From NCBI GenBank assembly GCA_045562555.1, contig JBJKVO010000016.1, positions 48,474-112,473 on the forward strand: a stretch of DNA of 64,000 bases. The letters run 5' to 3'. Of the stretch, positions 1-9,127 are shown piece after piece (position 1 is the first letter of the stretch; every line of letters begins with the position of its first letter). Origin of the DNA: Dehalococcoidia bacterium (GTDB taxonomy: Bacteria > Chloroflexota > Dehalococcoidia > Lucifugimonadales > UBA3495). Both the position numbers and the translations under genes were made by a program. The notes under the pieces were generated by a model. That model was not told where the DNA came from. It did no database searches and worked only from the letters and a program-made list of their open reading frames with translations.

Positions 1-2
1 CA

Positions 3-278
3 TCAAAAGCGGGATTAGTTGGATTTACCAAAGCATTAGCTAGAGAGGTAGCTTCCAGGAATATAACAGTAAATGCTGTAGCGCCTGGTTTTATTACCAG
101 TGGCGGTATGGTAGATGAGTTGTCAGAAGACGCAAAAAGCAATATTTTAAAACGGATACCCATGGGTAGGTTTGGTACAGTAGAAGAAGTTGCCGAATCA
201 TGCCTATTCCTGTGTAGTCCGCAGTCGAGTTATATAACTGGTCAGGTGTTAACAATGGACGGCGGCATGATCGCTTGA
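3..278 (+). CDS. fabG: SDR-family 3-oxoacyl-ACP reductase (FabG-like), C-terminal fragment; the 5' end lies outside the window
   Basis: Frame 3 is open from the window edge to TGA at 276-278. The translation KAGLVGFTKALAREVASRNITVNAVAPGFI...SYITGQVLTMDGGMIA matches the conserved C-terminal half of FabG/SDR enzymes. It is absent from the ORF track because it has no start codon. Confidence 0.75.
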   Translation, partial: SKAGLVGFTKALAREVASRNITVNAVAPGFITSGGMVDELSEDAKSNILKRIPMGRFGTVEEVAESCLFLCSPQSSYITGQVLTMDGGMIA

Positions 279-335
279 TGTTACGTTCACAAATTGTGAT
301 AATACCGTCAAATATTTGAAGAGAGTTAAATCAAT

Positions 336-1700
336 TTGCAGTCTACAGAATCAGTGAAATTACCATTTGGTATCCACTACAGTTGGCTGATAGTTTTTGC
401 CCTGTCTGTTGTGCAGATTTTCGGTACCTCTATAAGTTTTTCCGCGGGCATAATGGTTGCTCCTTTGACCAACTCTTCGACTGGATTCGGATGGAATGTT
501 GCTCTGGTAGGAGCTGGAATAGGTCTGTATTATCTCACCGGAGCTATCATGGCGCCAATAACTGGGTATTTAGGGGATAGATATGGCGCGAGGAAAATGC
601 TCTTGTGTTCTGCTTTATTGTACTTAATCAGCATGAATTTACTAGGACAGATCTCAGAGATTTGGCATTTCTTTATGATTTTTGGAATGATGTTAGCCGT
701 CACTCAATCTTTGGCTATGGTTCCACTTATGGCGACCATTAGCGGCTGGTTCAGACAGAAACTAGGTATCGGAATTGGTATATTATATGCAGCTGGTGGT
801 ATAGGAGCTGCTTTATTTGCTCCTCTTGTAGGAGGCTCCATAGAAACGTTTGGATGGAATACCACGTTCATGGCATTAGGATGTCTAGGCGGAACAGTGT
901 TATTGTCTTTACTATTTATTGTTCGCAATCATCCTTCAGATTTGGGACTCACTCCATATGGCAGTGAACCAGGACTTGTTTTTAAGAAACCAAGTTCTGA
1001 AGATAAAGAACTTAATAAAATTAATGCTAAGATATTTAATAGGGAAGTGCGCAAAACTTCTCCGTTTTGGTATTTACCCATGATTCATGGTTTTGGGTGC
1101 GCAGGGCACGGAGTAATATTAATTTATATATTGCCATTTGCAATATATAAAGGCGCATTTGAATCTTTGGGTGCTGCGGGAACAATATTGACTGTGTTGT
1201 CATTGGTAAGCATCGTTAGTAGATTAACAGCCCCTATTTTAGCCGAGTCATTTGGTACTCGGAAAATGATGTTTCTAAGTCTCACTATTCAAGGTTTGAC
1301 CGTATTTTGGCTAATGTTCGCAGTAGACCCATGGGCCTTTTATGTGTTTGCTGCGGTATTCGGCTTAGGGTTTGGAGCTGAATGGACTGCATATATAGTA
1401 ATAAATAAACAGTATTACGGTGATGGGCCTATGGGACACGTGTATGGGGTTGAACAGGCTGGAGCATTATTAGGTCATGCAGTTGCGACTATTTTATGCG
1501 GGATGTTGTTAGGTTTGTTCAATTTGTTTTTTAATGAAGGCATTTCATTTTTAATGATTTTTGTAGTGTCAATTTTGTTCAATGTTTTCGGCTTAGTGTT
1601 TATATTGCTCTTGCAAGATACAAGCAAGGTGATAATTCCGGATTGGAAATCCGAAGCAACACCAAATAATATTAATGCAGTTAATGAAGGCGCAGACTAG
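336..1700 (+). CDS. MFS transporter
   Basis: 454 aa with about 12 hydrophobic helices. An MFS-like loop motif (GYLGDRYGARKM) follows TM2. TTG start. Confidence 0.8.
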   Translation: MQSTESVKLPFGIHYSWLIVFALSVVQIFGTSISFSAGIMVAPLTNSSTGFGWNVALVGAGIGLYYLTGAIMAPITGYLGDRYGARKMLLCSALLYLISMNLLGQISEIWHFFMIFGMMLAVTQSLAMVPLMATISGWFRQKLGIGIGILYAAGGIGAALFAPLVGGSIETFGWNTTFMALGCLGGTVLLSLLFIVRNHPSDLGLTPYGSEPGLVFKKPSSEDKELNKINAKIFNREVRKTSPFWYLPMIHGFGCAGHGVILIYILPFAIYKGAFESLGAAGTILTVLSLVSIVSRLTAPILAESFGTRKMMFLSLTIQGLTVFWLMFAVDPWAFYVFAAVFGLGFGAEWTAYIVINKQYYGDGPMGHVYGVEQAGALLGHAVATILCGMLLGLFNLFFNEGISFLMIFVVSILFNVFGLVFILLLQDTSKVIIPDWKSEATPNNINAVNEGAD

Positions 1701-1701
1701 T

Positions 1702-2343
1702 ATGAAGGATCGATTGGACCAATTTGTGCGTGACTGTTTAGAATCCGGTCAATCCAAAGATGAAATTAATAGAGTACTCGAGGAAGCAGGTTGGAATAGA
1801 GATGCTATCGCCCATGCTCTAGAATCATATTCTGACGTCACTTTCGTCGTTCCTGTGCCAGCACCTAAGAGCGAATTTCATGCTAAAGAAGCCTTTCAAT
1901 ATCTGGTGTCATTTATAACGTTATACATATCTGCTTTTAGTTTTGGGGCATTACTTTACTCGTTCATTGATATAGCGTTTTATGATTCATCTGATTTTGG
2001 GGTTCCTGGAGCCGGCATCCCGATGTCTATTGCGGCATTGATTGTTGCATATCCGATTTATGTGTATTTCACTTGGAGGTTATTCAAGGAAGAAAGACAA
2101 GATTATTCTAGAAATATGTCTAGCGTGGGAAGATGGCTTACTTATTTAACCCTAGTGGTAACAGCCTCAGTAATCATAGGGGATTTGATAGCATTGATAT
2201 TCTCATTTATAACCGGAGGATTGGCCCTTACATTTGTACTCAAAGTCCTTGTAGTCCTTCTGATAACAGGAACTATATTCTTGTTTTATAGATGGAGACT
2301 GAAAAAAGGAGAAGAACGTGAAAGTCTCAGTATTTCGAATTAA
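1702..2343 (+). CDS. Membrane protein with a soluble N-terminal domain and 4 TM helices (DUF5671-like by recollection)
   Basis: The ORF 1675-2343 has an in-frame ATG at 1702, just after the upstream stop. Hydrophobic helices fill the C-terminal two thirds. No catalytic motif recognised. Confidence 0.55.
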   Translation: MKDRLDQFVRDCLESGQSKDEINRVLEEAGWNRDAIAHALESYSDVTFVVPVPAPKSEFHAKEAFQYLVSFITLYISAFSFGALLYSFIDIAFYDSSDFGVPGAGIPMSIAALIVAYPIYVYFTWRLFKEERQDYSRNMSSVGRWLTYLTLVVTASVIIGDLIALIFSFITGGLALTFVLKVLVVLLITGTIFLFYRWRLKKGEERESLSISN

Positions 2344-2773
2344 TCCTAAGACTCTGAGTATTATAATTAGTAGCCTCGTAGTATTGAGCATAGCCTACGG
2401 AATTTTCCTGAGTGAACCTTGGCAAAGCAGAGCTGTGAATAATGATATGGAACGAATCGATGATTTGTCTGATATCGATTACAAAATAAAAGAATACTGG
2501 AATGTAAAAAGGCGATTACCTCTCGATTTGACCGAATTAAATTCTGGTTCATATTTTCTTTCTGACGAACAAAAAACTGATAGTGCCGGATTAGAATACT
2601 CTTATCGTATAGTAGACAAGGACACTTATGAATTATGTGCTGTGTTCAATCTAAGTTCTGACGAAGGCTTTTTTGAAGACTGGAGAGGTGATCAATGGAA
2701 CCATCCAGAAGGACCTCATTGCTTTATATTAGATGATTTAGAACCTTTTACTGAGATGGTTGATCCACGCTGA
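2318..2773 (+). CDS. Hypothetical N-terminally anchored or secreted protein
   Basis: 151 aa with a GTG start preceded by GGAG. One N-terminal TM/signal anchor (IIISSLVVLSIAYGIFL). It overlaps the upstream gene by 26 nt. Confidence 0.5.
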   Translation: MKVSVFRINPKTLSIIISSLVVLSIAYGIFLSEPWQSRAVNNDMERIDDLSDIDYKIKEYWNVKRRLPLDLTELNSGSYFLSDEQKTDSAGLEYSYRIVDKDTYELCAVFNLSSDEGFFEDWRGDQWNHPEGPHCFILDDLEPFTEMVDPR

Positions 2774-4259
2774 ACCCTGTTCTCAAGACTTCGGAGCAAA
2801 ATAGGAGAGCCATACTTCCACTGCGATCATCCTGCCCGGTGACAGCAGGTCTGAGATAGTAGGATTCTAAGTCTGGTTGCAATCCAGTGTTGAAACAAGC
2901 GTCTGTGACATTGCCGCGGGTATCTATTCGATTCTTCAAGAAATACCATGCGCCGTGAATCAATTCATCGACAGAGTCGTTGAGGATACCCAGATATTTC
3001 CCACGCAGTGCTGCGAACCCAATGATACAGGTGGAAGTAAATTCAATATATGTTGCCGGGATATCAATGATTTCATGAAACCCTCCTGAAATGTCTTGGT
3101 ACTTGGAGATCGTTTGAAAGAAGTTAACAAATTGCTCGCGGATAGTATTGTATAAATAGCGATCAGATGGCACATACGTCAGGTATTGACTTAACCCAAG
3201 GATTGCGAAACCGTTACCACGACTCCAGTAATATGGAGAGGTCTTAGAATGCCAAAATAATCCGTTGTCTTGTTGTAAATCTACCATTTCGTAAAAAGCA
3301 TCCAACATGTCTAGATACGAGGAATGCCCATGTTGTTCGAAAGCCCTGCCCAGCACTGCGGCTGAATAGAACATGTCCTCTGTTCTCACTATAGGGTCAC
3401 ATGGAATAGGCGGTAAACTCGGATCCGGGTTAATTTTGTACATGTTTGCCGCAACATCTAATAAATGGTTCCATTTATCAGAGTTTAAATGCTTGCTTAA
3501 CTCGTAAGCCCATATTGATGAAGCTAAGTTAGCTCCTGTAGGATTTTCTCCGAAAGGGTTTTCAACACTTAAAGGCCCTTGTGACAATGCTGAATCTAGT
3601 TCTCTGCCTACCTCTGAAATTGAATTTAGTTGTTCTGCAATAAGAAGATGGCCATAAATACCTACCCCCTGAGTATAATTCACTAGAGTTAAATCTCGGC
3701 CGTATGAGTTTGTTATTTGTTCTACCAGTTCAACAGAGCTGCGCTTGGCTTTAGAGTACAATTCTTTCCTGCACTCTGATCTTGGCGATGTAAGCGATGT
3801 TTGCACTTGTACTATAACTTGTGATTCATCCTTAAAGCACAAGTGAACCGGTACGCCGGCTATTGACTGTATAGATAGTTTTGAGTCAGATAAAATTATT
3901 ATAGCGTCAGGTGCGTTGTTCAGGACCTGCTTGGTTAGGTATTTCTCGGATATGTTGTCTCCATAATAAAAGTCTGTTAAAGGGGTAGAAAAATCTGAGC
4001 GAATGGTGGACGCAGGTGTTACTAGCAGTCTTATAACTAGCGGGTTTACGTGCTGTCTAAATAGCTCAGCGGAGGTAATTAGGAGGTTTTCTACAGAATT
4101 TTGTAGATTCTCGTCTATTAATATAATCAACGAAGTTTCAAGTCCGGTCTCATAACGATGTGTTTTGTAAAGCCAGCCTTTTAACGGATTCAATGCCTCA
4201 TCAGCGCCCCAATCTATAGGCTCCCATGCTTTTAGTTTTACTGAATGTAGATTACTCAT
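2748..4259 (-). CDS. Glycoside hydrolase family 88/105-like (alpha/alpha-toroid) domain protein
   Basis: 503 aa. The C-terminal half carries YYWSRGNGFAILGL, resembling the WxRGNGW signature of unsaturated glucuronyl/rhamnogalacturonyl hydrolases. GGAG RBS before the ATG. Confidence 0.5.
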   Translation of the reverse strand: MSNLHSVKLKAWEPIDWGADEALNPLKGWLYKTHRYETGLETSLIILIDENLQNSVENLLITSAELFRQHVNPLVIRLLVTPASTIRSDFSTPLTDFYYGDNISEKYLTKQVLNNAPDAIIILSDSKLSIQSIAGVPVHLCFKDESQVIVQVQTSLTSPRSECRKELYSKAKRSSVELVEQITNSYGRDLTLVNYTQGVGIYGHLLIAEQLNSISEVGRELDSALSQGPLSVENPFGENPTGANLASSIWAYELSKHLNSDKWNHLLDVAANMYKINPDPSLPPIPCDPIVRTEDMFYSAAVLGRAFEQHGHSSYLDMLDAFYEMVDLQQDNGLFWHSKTSPYYWSRGNGFAILGLSQYLTYVPSDRYLYNTIREQFVNFFQTISKYQDISGGFHEIIDIPATYIEFTSTCIIGFAALRGKYLGILNDSVDELIHGAWYFLKNRIDTRGNVTDACFNTGLQPDLESYYLRPAVTGQDDRSGSMALLFCSEVLRTGFSVDQPSQ

Positions 4260-4275
4260 AATGCTCCATAATGGT

Positions 4276-5037
4276 TTATTTTTGAACGATATTGATGTTT
4301 ACGGGACGTTGTGCATGCACGGTGAAAGTAAGTGATACAGAGCCGCCGCCGTCTGTGCTATTAACAACTTCAATGTGTTCTGGTCCCTCTAAATAAGCTA
4401 TGTCACCATCTGTATATGAGAAAGGGCGATCATGTCCTGGATAAAACGTGTTAGATGTGTCGATCATTTTTTCAACACTGTTTTGAGCGTCTTTAACATC
4501 CCAAAAAACATTGTATGGTAGTTTGCGCAGGACAGTGCCACTGTCTGGTAAAGCATCTCCTGCTATCAGAATAGATTCTCCTCCCAAATCTGCAAGGACA
4601 CTAATGTGACCCTTTGTATGGCCTGGAGTTTCCAGGATTTTTACTCCTTCAATGATTTTGTCGCCATCGCTAACTAATTCTAAATTCATTTTTTCTAACA
4701 TGTCTGCTATGTATTTTACAGTTGCATGGTCTTGTGGCTTTGGATTTCGGGCATAGTCATATTCGATAGGGTTAACTAAAATACGAGCGTTCGGAAACAT
4801 GTCTGTGTTTTGACAATGATCCCAGTGCAAGTGAGTCAAGAGTACGATGTCTACATCATCAGGGGTCAAATTTAGATCTGATAATTGTTTGTGGAGAAGT
4901 CCTCTCCTAGAACCAGGACCTGTGTCCACTAATATTCGCGTGTTATCTACAGTGATCAAAGAATTTGTTGAATATCCGAAGGATCCTTGATCAGAGTTGA
5001 GTGCAAATCCGTATGTTAGGACATCTAGATTAATCAT
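4276..5037 (-). CDS. MBL-fold metallo-hydrolase
   Basis: THLHWDHCQN (HxHxDH zinc motif) plus a downstream GHTKGH. AGGAGG RBS 6 nt before the ATG. Confidence 0.85.
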   Translation of the reverse strand: MINLDVLTYGFALNSDQGSFGYSTNSLITVDNTRILVDTGPGSRRGLLHKQLSDLNLTPDDVDIVLLTHLHWDHCQNTDMFPNARILVNPIEYDYARNPKPQDHATVKYIADMLEKMNLELVSDGDKIIEGVKILETPGHTKGHISVLADLGGESILIAGDALPDSGTVLRKLPYNVFWDVKDAQNSVEKMIDTSNTFYPGHDRPFSYTDGDIAYLEGPEHIEVVNSTDGGGSVSLTFTVHAQRPVNINIVQK

Positions 5038-5138
5038 TACTAGCCTCCTTTCTCAATAGGTCGTTATCGTCGGATTATAACACCGTGCTAGTGTTCTATT
5101 GTAGTTTGATAGTCGCAGGAAATAGAGACATTTATATT

Positions 5139-5167
5139 TTTATTTTTTCGGTTTAATGTGATAGAAT
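5139..5167 (+). promoter_or_regulatory. Putative sigma70-type promoter of the pyr operon (extended -10 TGaTAGAAT)
   Basis: TG at 5159-5160, one spacer nt, then TAGAAT at 5162-5167. Only a weak -35 (TTTATT) lies 17 nt upstream. It sits in the divergent intergenic region before pyrB. Confidence 0.3.
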
Positions 5168-5257
5168 CCTTGGTTAGATGGTGAGTAAGTGGCTTCAGTA
5201 GAAGATACATTAAAGATTAAAGCGGAAGTATTTAAAATCAACGTAAATGCGTTGTGT

Positions 5258-5286
5258 AATCCCCTTTTTCAAGGGGATTTTTTTTA
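5258..5286 (+). terminator. Intrinsic-terminator-like hairpin plus T-run in the pyrB leader (candidate attenuator)
   Basis: AATCCCCTT (5258-5266) pairs perfectly with AAGGGGATT (5271-5279) across a 4-nt loop. A run of T follows, ending 4 nt before the pyrB ATG at 5290. Confidence 0.7.
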
Positions 5287-5289
5287 GCC

Positions 5290-6243
5290 ATGACGGGACT
5301 GAATATCAAACATTTGCTAGATCTGGATTTGCTATCCAATTCTGAGATCAAAGAATTGTTAAATTCTGCTGTGAAATACAAAGAAATCCTTAATTCAGAC
5401 ATGAAAAAACAAAATGACCTGAGAGGTAAAATAGTCGTCACTCTTTTCTATGAGGCGAGTACCAGGACTAGGATGTCATTTGAAGAGGCTGGTAAAATTC
5501 TGGGTTCTGACGTGATTAACGTTTCAGGTAGTGGGAGTAGTGTTGAAAAAGGGGAATCTTTAGTTAATACCGCGAAAACCATTGAAGCCATGAATGTGGA
5601 TGTCGTGATAATTAGACATCCACATTCAGGAGCACCTTACATATTGGCTGAACAATTTGCCCATGCATCCGTGATAAATGCTGGAGACGGAACCCACGCC
5701 CACCCCACACAGGCATTATTGGATATGTTCACTATCTTAGAACATGTTAAGACTATAGAAGGCCTCAAAATCGCTATAGTAGGCGATATTATTCATAGCA
5801 GGGTAGCTAGATCTAATATCCATGGTTTCCTTAAATTAGGAGCTGATGTGTGGCTCACAGGTCCGTCCACTTTGTTACCGAACACTACTCCATGGTTAAA
5901 GTATTATGAGTCAGAGGGAAGCCTGACACTAACCACTAATTTAGACGAAGCTCTTAAAGATGCCGACGTGGTGATGACGTTAAGGATGCAGAGTGAACGG
6001 CAAGTATCTGGTTTTATCCCAAGTGAACGAGAATATATTTCGTATTGGCAAGTTAATGGAGACAGGATTCAGAAGAATTGTCCTGATGCTTGGATTATGC
6101 ATCCAGGTCCTATGAACGAAGGTATCGAAATCAGTGAGTCTGTAGCAAAAGGACCTAAATCACTGATTCAAGCTCAAGTAGAAAATGGTGTCGCTATCAG
6201 GATGGCAGTTTTGAATTCTGTATGCTCATCCGGGGGATATTAG
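5290..6243 (+). CDS. pyrB: Aspartate carbamoyltransferase catalytic subunit
   Basis: EASTRTRMSFE, HPTQALLD and HPGPMNEG motifs. 317 aa. First gene of a pyr operon. Confidence 0.95.
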   Translation: MTGLNIKHLLDLDLLSNSEIKELLNSAVKYKEILNSDMKKQNDLRGKIVVTLFYEASTRTRMSFEEAGKILGSDVINVSGSGSSVEKGESLVNTAKTIEAMNVDVVIIRHPHSGAPYILAEQFAHASVINAGDGTHAHPTQALLDMFTILEHVKTIEGLKIAIVGDIIHSRVARSNIHGFLKLGADVWLTGPSTLLPNTTPWLKYYESEGSLTLTTNLDEALKDADVVMTLRMQSERQVSGFIPSEREYISYWQVNGDRIQKNCPDAWIMHPGPMNEGIEISESVAKGPKSLIQAQVENGVAIRMAVLNSVCSSGGY

Positions 6244-7605
6244 ATGGATATGAATAGAATGTTGATCAAGCAAGGCAGAGTTATCGATCCAGGATCTGGA
6301 ATTGATAAAATTTGTGATATTTTACTGGAGAACAATATTATTCTCGAAGTGTCTGACCATATTGAATTAGAAGGTATGTCTGACGGTAAAGAGATAAATG
6401 CGAAAGGCTTAATTGTAAGTCCTGGATTTGTTGATTTACACGCTCATTTAAGAGAGCCAGGGTTTGAACACAAAGAAACGATCCAAACCGGAACGATGGC
6501 CGCTGTAAAAGGAGGTTTTACCTCCGTGTGTGCGATGCCAAATACATCCCCTGCGATAGATACCCCGTCGATGATTGAATTTGTCAAAATGAAAAGTGCA
6601 ACTGAAGGAGTCTGTAGAGTCTACCCGATTGGTGCTGTTACCAAAGGACGTAAAGGTACTTCGATCGTAGATTTTTTGGAATTACATGAAGCCGGTGCTG
6701 TAGCTTTTAGTGATGATGGGGATCCTGTGCACGACTCTGAAATCATGAGACTTTCATTGGAATATGTTGGCCCGTTAGATGTCCCTATAATGAACCATTG
6801 TCAGGACCTAACAATTTCTCCTAACGGTGTGATGGCAGAGGGGGAAGTTTCAGATTTTTTGGGCTTAAAAGGAATTCCTAATTCAGTTGAAGAAATCATG
6901 GTAGCTAGGGATATAGCTTTGTCCAAAGCTACTGGAAGTAAAGTACACATTTCTCATGTGAGTTCTGCTGGATCAGTAGAATTGCTCGCATTGGCAAAAG
7001 AACAAGGACTGAATGTGACTAGTGAAGTATGCCCACATCATCTGACGTTGACGGATGAAAACGTATTGACTGACGGTAACTACTATGCTGCTACTCCGGA
7101 CAGCGCGTACGATACTAATTCAAAGATGTATCCTCCGTTGCGAACCCATTCAGATATAGAATCATTAATTCAGGGGATAGAGTCCGGGATAATTGACTGT
7201 ATCGCCACAGACCATGCTCCCCATGATGTCGTTAGCAAACATACGACTTTTGATGATGCTGCTTTTGGAATTAGCGTGTTTGAGACAGCCGTAGGATCTC
7301 TAATGGGACTAGTACAGCAAAAGAAAATTTCTTTGAATAGATTGATACAAACTATGACATATAATCCGTGCAAAATCTTAGGACAGAACTTTAAAGATTT
7401 TGGCACGCTCCGTAAGGGTTCAGTAGCTGATTTGGTGTTGATAGACCCTGATGCCACATGGATAGTCGATACTGAAAAGTTTGTGTCCAAAGGGAAAAAC
7501 ACCCCTTTGCAAGGTGCAACGCTAACTGGACGTGTCGTGTGTACTATTGTCAATGGTAATGTTGTGTTTGATGAATTGGGATGGACGAAAGGAGAGGTTA
7601 ATTAG
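6244..7605 (+). CDS. pyrC: Dihydroorotase
   Basis: GFVDLHAHLREPG (HxH metal site), MPNTSP and ATDHAPH motifs. It starts immediately after the pyrB stop. Confidence 0.93.
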   Translation: MDMNRMLIKQGRVIDPGSGIDKICDILLENNIILEVSDHIELEGMSDGKEINAKGLIVSPGFVDLHAHLREPGFEHKETIQTGTMAAVKGGFTSVCAMPNTSPAIDTPSMIEFVKMKSATEGVCRVYPIGAVTKGRKGTSIVDFLELHEAGAVAFSDDGDPVHDSEIMRLSLEYVGPLDVPIMNHCQDLTISPNGVMAEGEVSDFLGLKGIPNSVEEIMVARDIALSKATGSKVHISHVSSAGSVELLALAKEQGLNVTSEVCPHHLTLTDENVLTDGNYYAATPDSAYDTNSKMYPPLRTHSDIESLIQGIESGIIDCIATDHAPHDVVSKHTTFDDAAFGISVFETAVGSLMGLVQQKKISLNRLIQTMTYNPCKILGQNFKDFGTLRKGSVADLVLIDPDATWIVDTEKFVSKGKNTPLQGATLTGRVVCTIVNGNVVFDELGWTKGEVN

Positions 7606-7607
7606 TT

Positions 7608-8699
7608 ATGGATCGGTATTTAGTGCTGGAAGATGGATCTGTATTTTCCGGAATTGGTTTCGGAGGACTTTCTGATAACAGTGGGGAAATGGTTTTCAAC
7701 ACTACAATGACAGGATATCAGGAAGTGTTAACTGACCCTTCGTATGCAGGCCAAATAGTTAACATGACATATCCTTTGATCGGTAATTATGGTATCAATT
7801 TAACGGACTCCGAATCTTCGAAAATTCAAGTTGCTGGTATGTTGGTAAGAGAACTATGTGATACGCCGAGTCATACTTTGAGCGTGGAAAACTTAGATAA
7901 TTTCATGAAATCTCAACATATACCTGGGATTAGGCAACTTGATACCCGAGCAATTGCAAAAAGAATAAGAACGTCCGGAGTCATGAGAGGACTCATAACA
8001 GACTCGCCCGATGCGTCTGTAGCATTGAAAACGTTAAAGAACCTGGATGCATATGGTGATATAAATTTTGTGAATGGTGTAAGCACAAATAAGATAAGCC
8101 AAAAAACTCAGATTAATGACACAAATGCTCCAAGAGTTGTCATAAGCGATTGTGGGGTGAAAAATAATATCATCCGTATGCTCTCCTCACGAGGTTGTGA
8201 AGTAATATCAGTTCCCGATGACACAAGCTATAAAGACATTCTCGACTTAAAACCAGATGGTTTGTTAGTTTCTCCCGGACCAGGAGACCCTAATTTACTC
8301 GAATATATAGGAGATAACATCAAAGAATTAATCGGTAAGATGCCAATCATGGGAATATGTTTAGGTCATCAAATAATTGCTGAGAGCCTTGGTGCCAAAA
8401 CATTTAAATTAAAGTTTGGTCACAGAGGAGGCAATCACCCTGTTCAAGATCTAAGAACGAGAAAAGTGTATATCACTGCTCAGAATCATGGATATGCTGT
8501 TGATCCTAAGTCGTTGCCTTTAGATTTGAAAGTGTCTCATGTCAACCTTAATGACGGTACTGTAGAAGGACTGGTTCATGAAACTTTACCATTGTTTACT
8601 ATTCAGTACCATTCAGAGGCAGCTCCTGGCCCTATGGATAATACCTATTTGTTCGATGAGTTTGTTCACACTGTTAAAACAATGAAGGCGATTATATAA
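7608..8699 (+). CDS. carA: Carbamoyl-phosphate synthase small (glutaminase) subunit
   Basis: MTGYQEVLTDPSY at the N-terminus. GICLGHQ catalytic Cys and QYHSEAAPGP at the triad His. Confidence 0.95.
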   Translation: MDRYLVLEDGSVFSGIGFGGLSDNSGEMVFNTTMTGYQEVLTDPSYAGQIVNMTYPLIGNYGINLTDSESSKIQVAGMLVRELCDTPSHTLSVENLDNFMKSQHIPGIRQLDTRAIAKRIRTSGVMRGLITDSPDASVALKTLKNLDAYGDINFVNGVSTNKISQKTQINDTNAPRVVISDCGVKNNIIRMLSSRGCEVISVPDDTSYKDILDLKPDGLLVSPGPGDPNLLEYIGDNIKELIGKMPIMGICLGHQIIAESLGAKTFKLKFGHRGGNHPVQDLRTRKVYITAQNHGYAVDPKSLPLDLKVSHVNLNDGTVEGLVHETLPLFTIQYHSEAAPGPMDNTYLFDEFVHTVKTMKAII

Positions 8700-8702
8700 A
8701 GT

Positions 8703-9101
8703 ATGCTGTTCTCTGAAGTGCTATTAGAACAAGGAGTAGATTTGGAATTGCCTATAAGTATGGATGAATTATTAGGCATTTTAGATGATGAAATACCTTC
8801 CATTCCGATAGATGGTAAGAGGTATCATATAGACAGTGTTAACAGGGCATCATTTGGCAAACAATGGCAAATCAACGTAAACATAACAGATGATGAGAGT
8901 ATCAATTCTGGGGTAGCAATAATCCAGTTAATGGCCCAGGATGAGAATACGGTGTTATTTTCAGTGCCTCCTAGGACTGACCTTGTGGGTTTTGAGTTCG
9001 ATCCTAAGGGGCAGATGTATGGCAGAATGGTTTTTTCTATGCTGAATGCTTTTCAAGAACGAGGATTATTGGATTTGCCAGGGAGATTGCCAATTGAATA
9101 G
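8703..9101 (+). CDS. Hypothetical protein inserted between carA and carB
   Basis: 132-aa ORF starting 3 nt after the carA stop and ending 26 nt before carB. Same strand, acidic, no motif recognised. Confidence 0.6.
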   Translation: MLFSEVLLEQGVDLELPISMDELLGILDDEIPSIPIDGKRYHIDSVNRASFGKQWQINVNITDDESINSGVAIIQLMAQDENTVLFSVPPRTDLVGFEFDPKGQMYGRMVFSMLNAFQERGLLDLPGRLPIE

Positions 9102-9127
9102 ATATTTAGGTTCTAGGGAGTATTAAA

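Noticed and set aside
5168-5257. A PyrR-binding loop, or a leader peptide (MVSKWLQ, ATG near 5178), in the pyr leader.
   Set aside because: I found no convincing match to the PyrR consensus (UCCAGAGAGG-like). The 7-codon ORF has no RBS and no obvious link to the hairpin. I kept only the terminator observation.
5238-5441. A 67-aa minus-strand ORF across the pyrB start.
   Set aside because: It covers the leader terminator and the 5' end of pyrB in antisense. It has no RBS and no motif.
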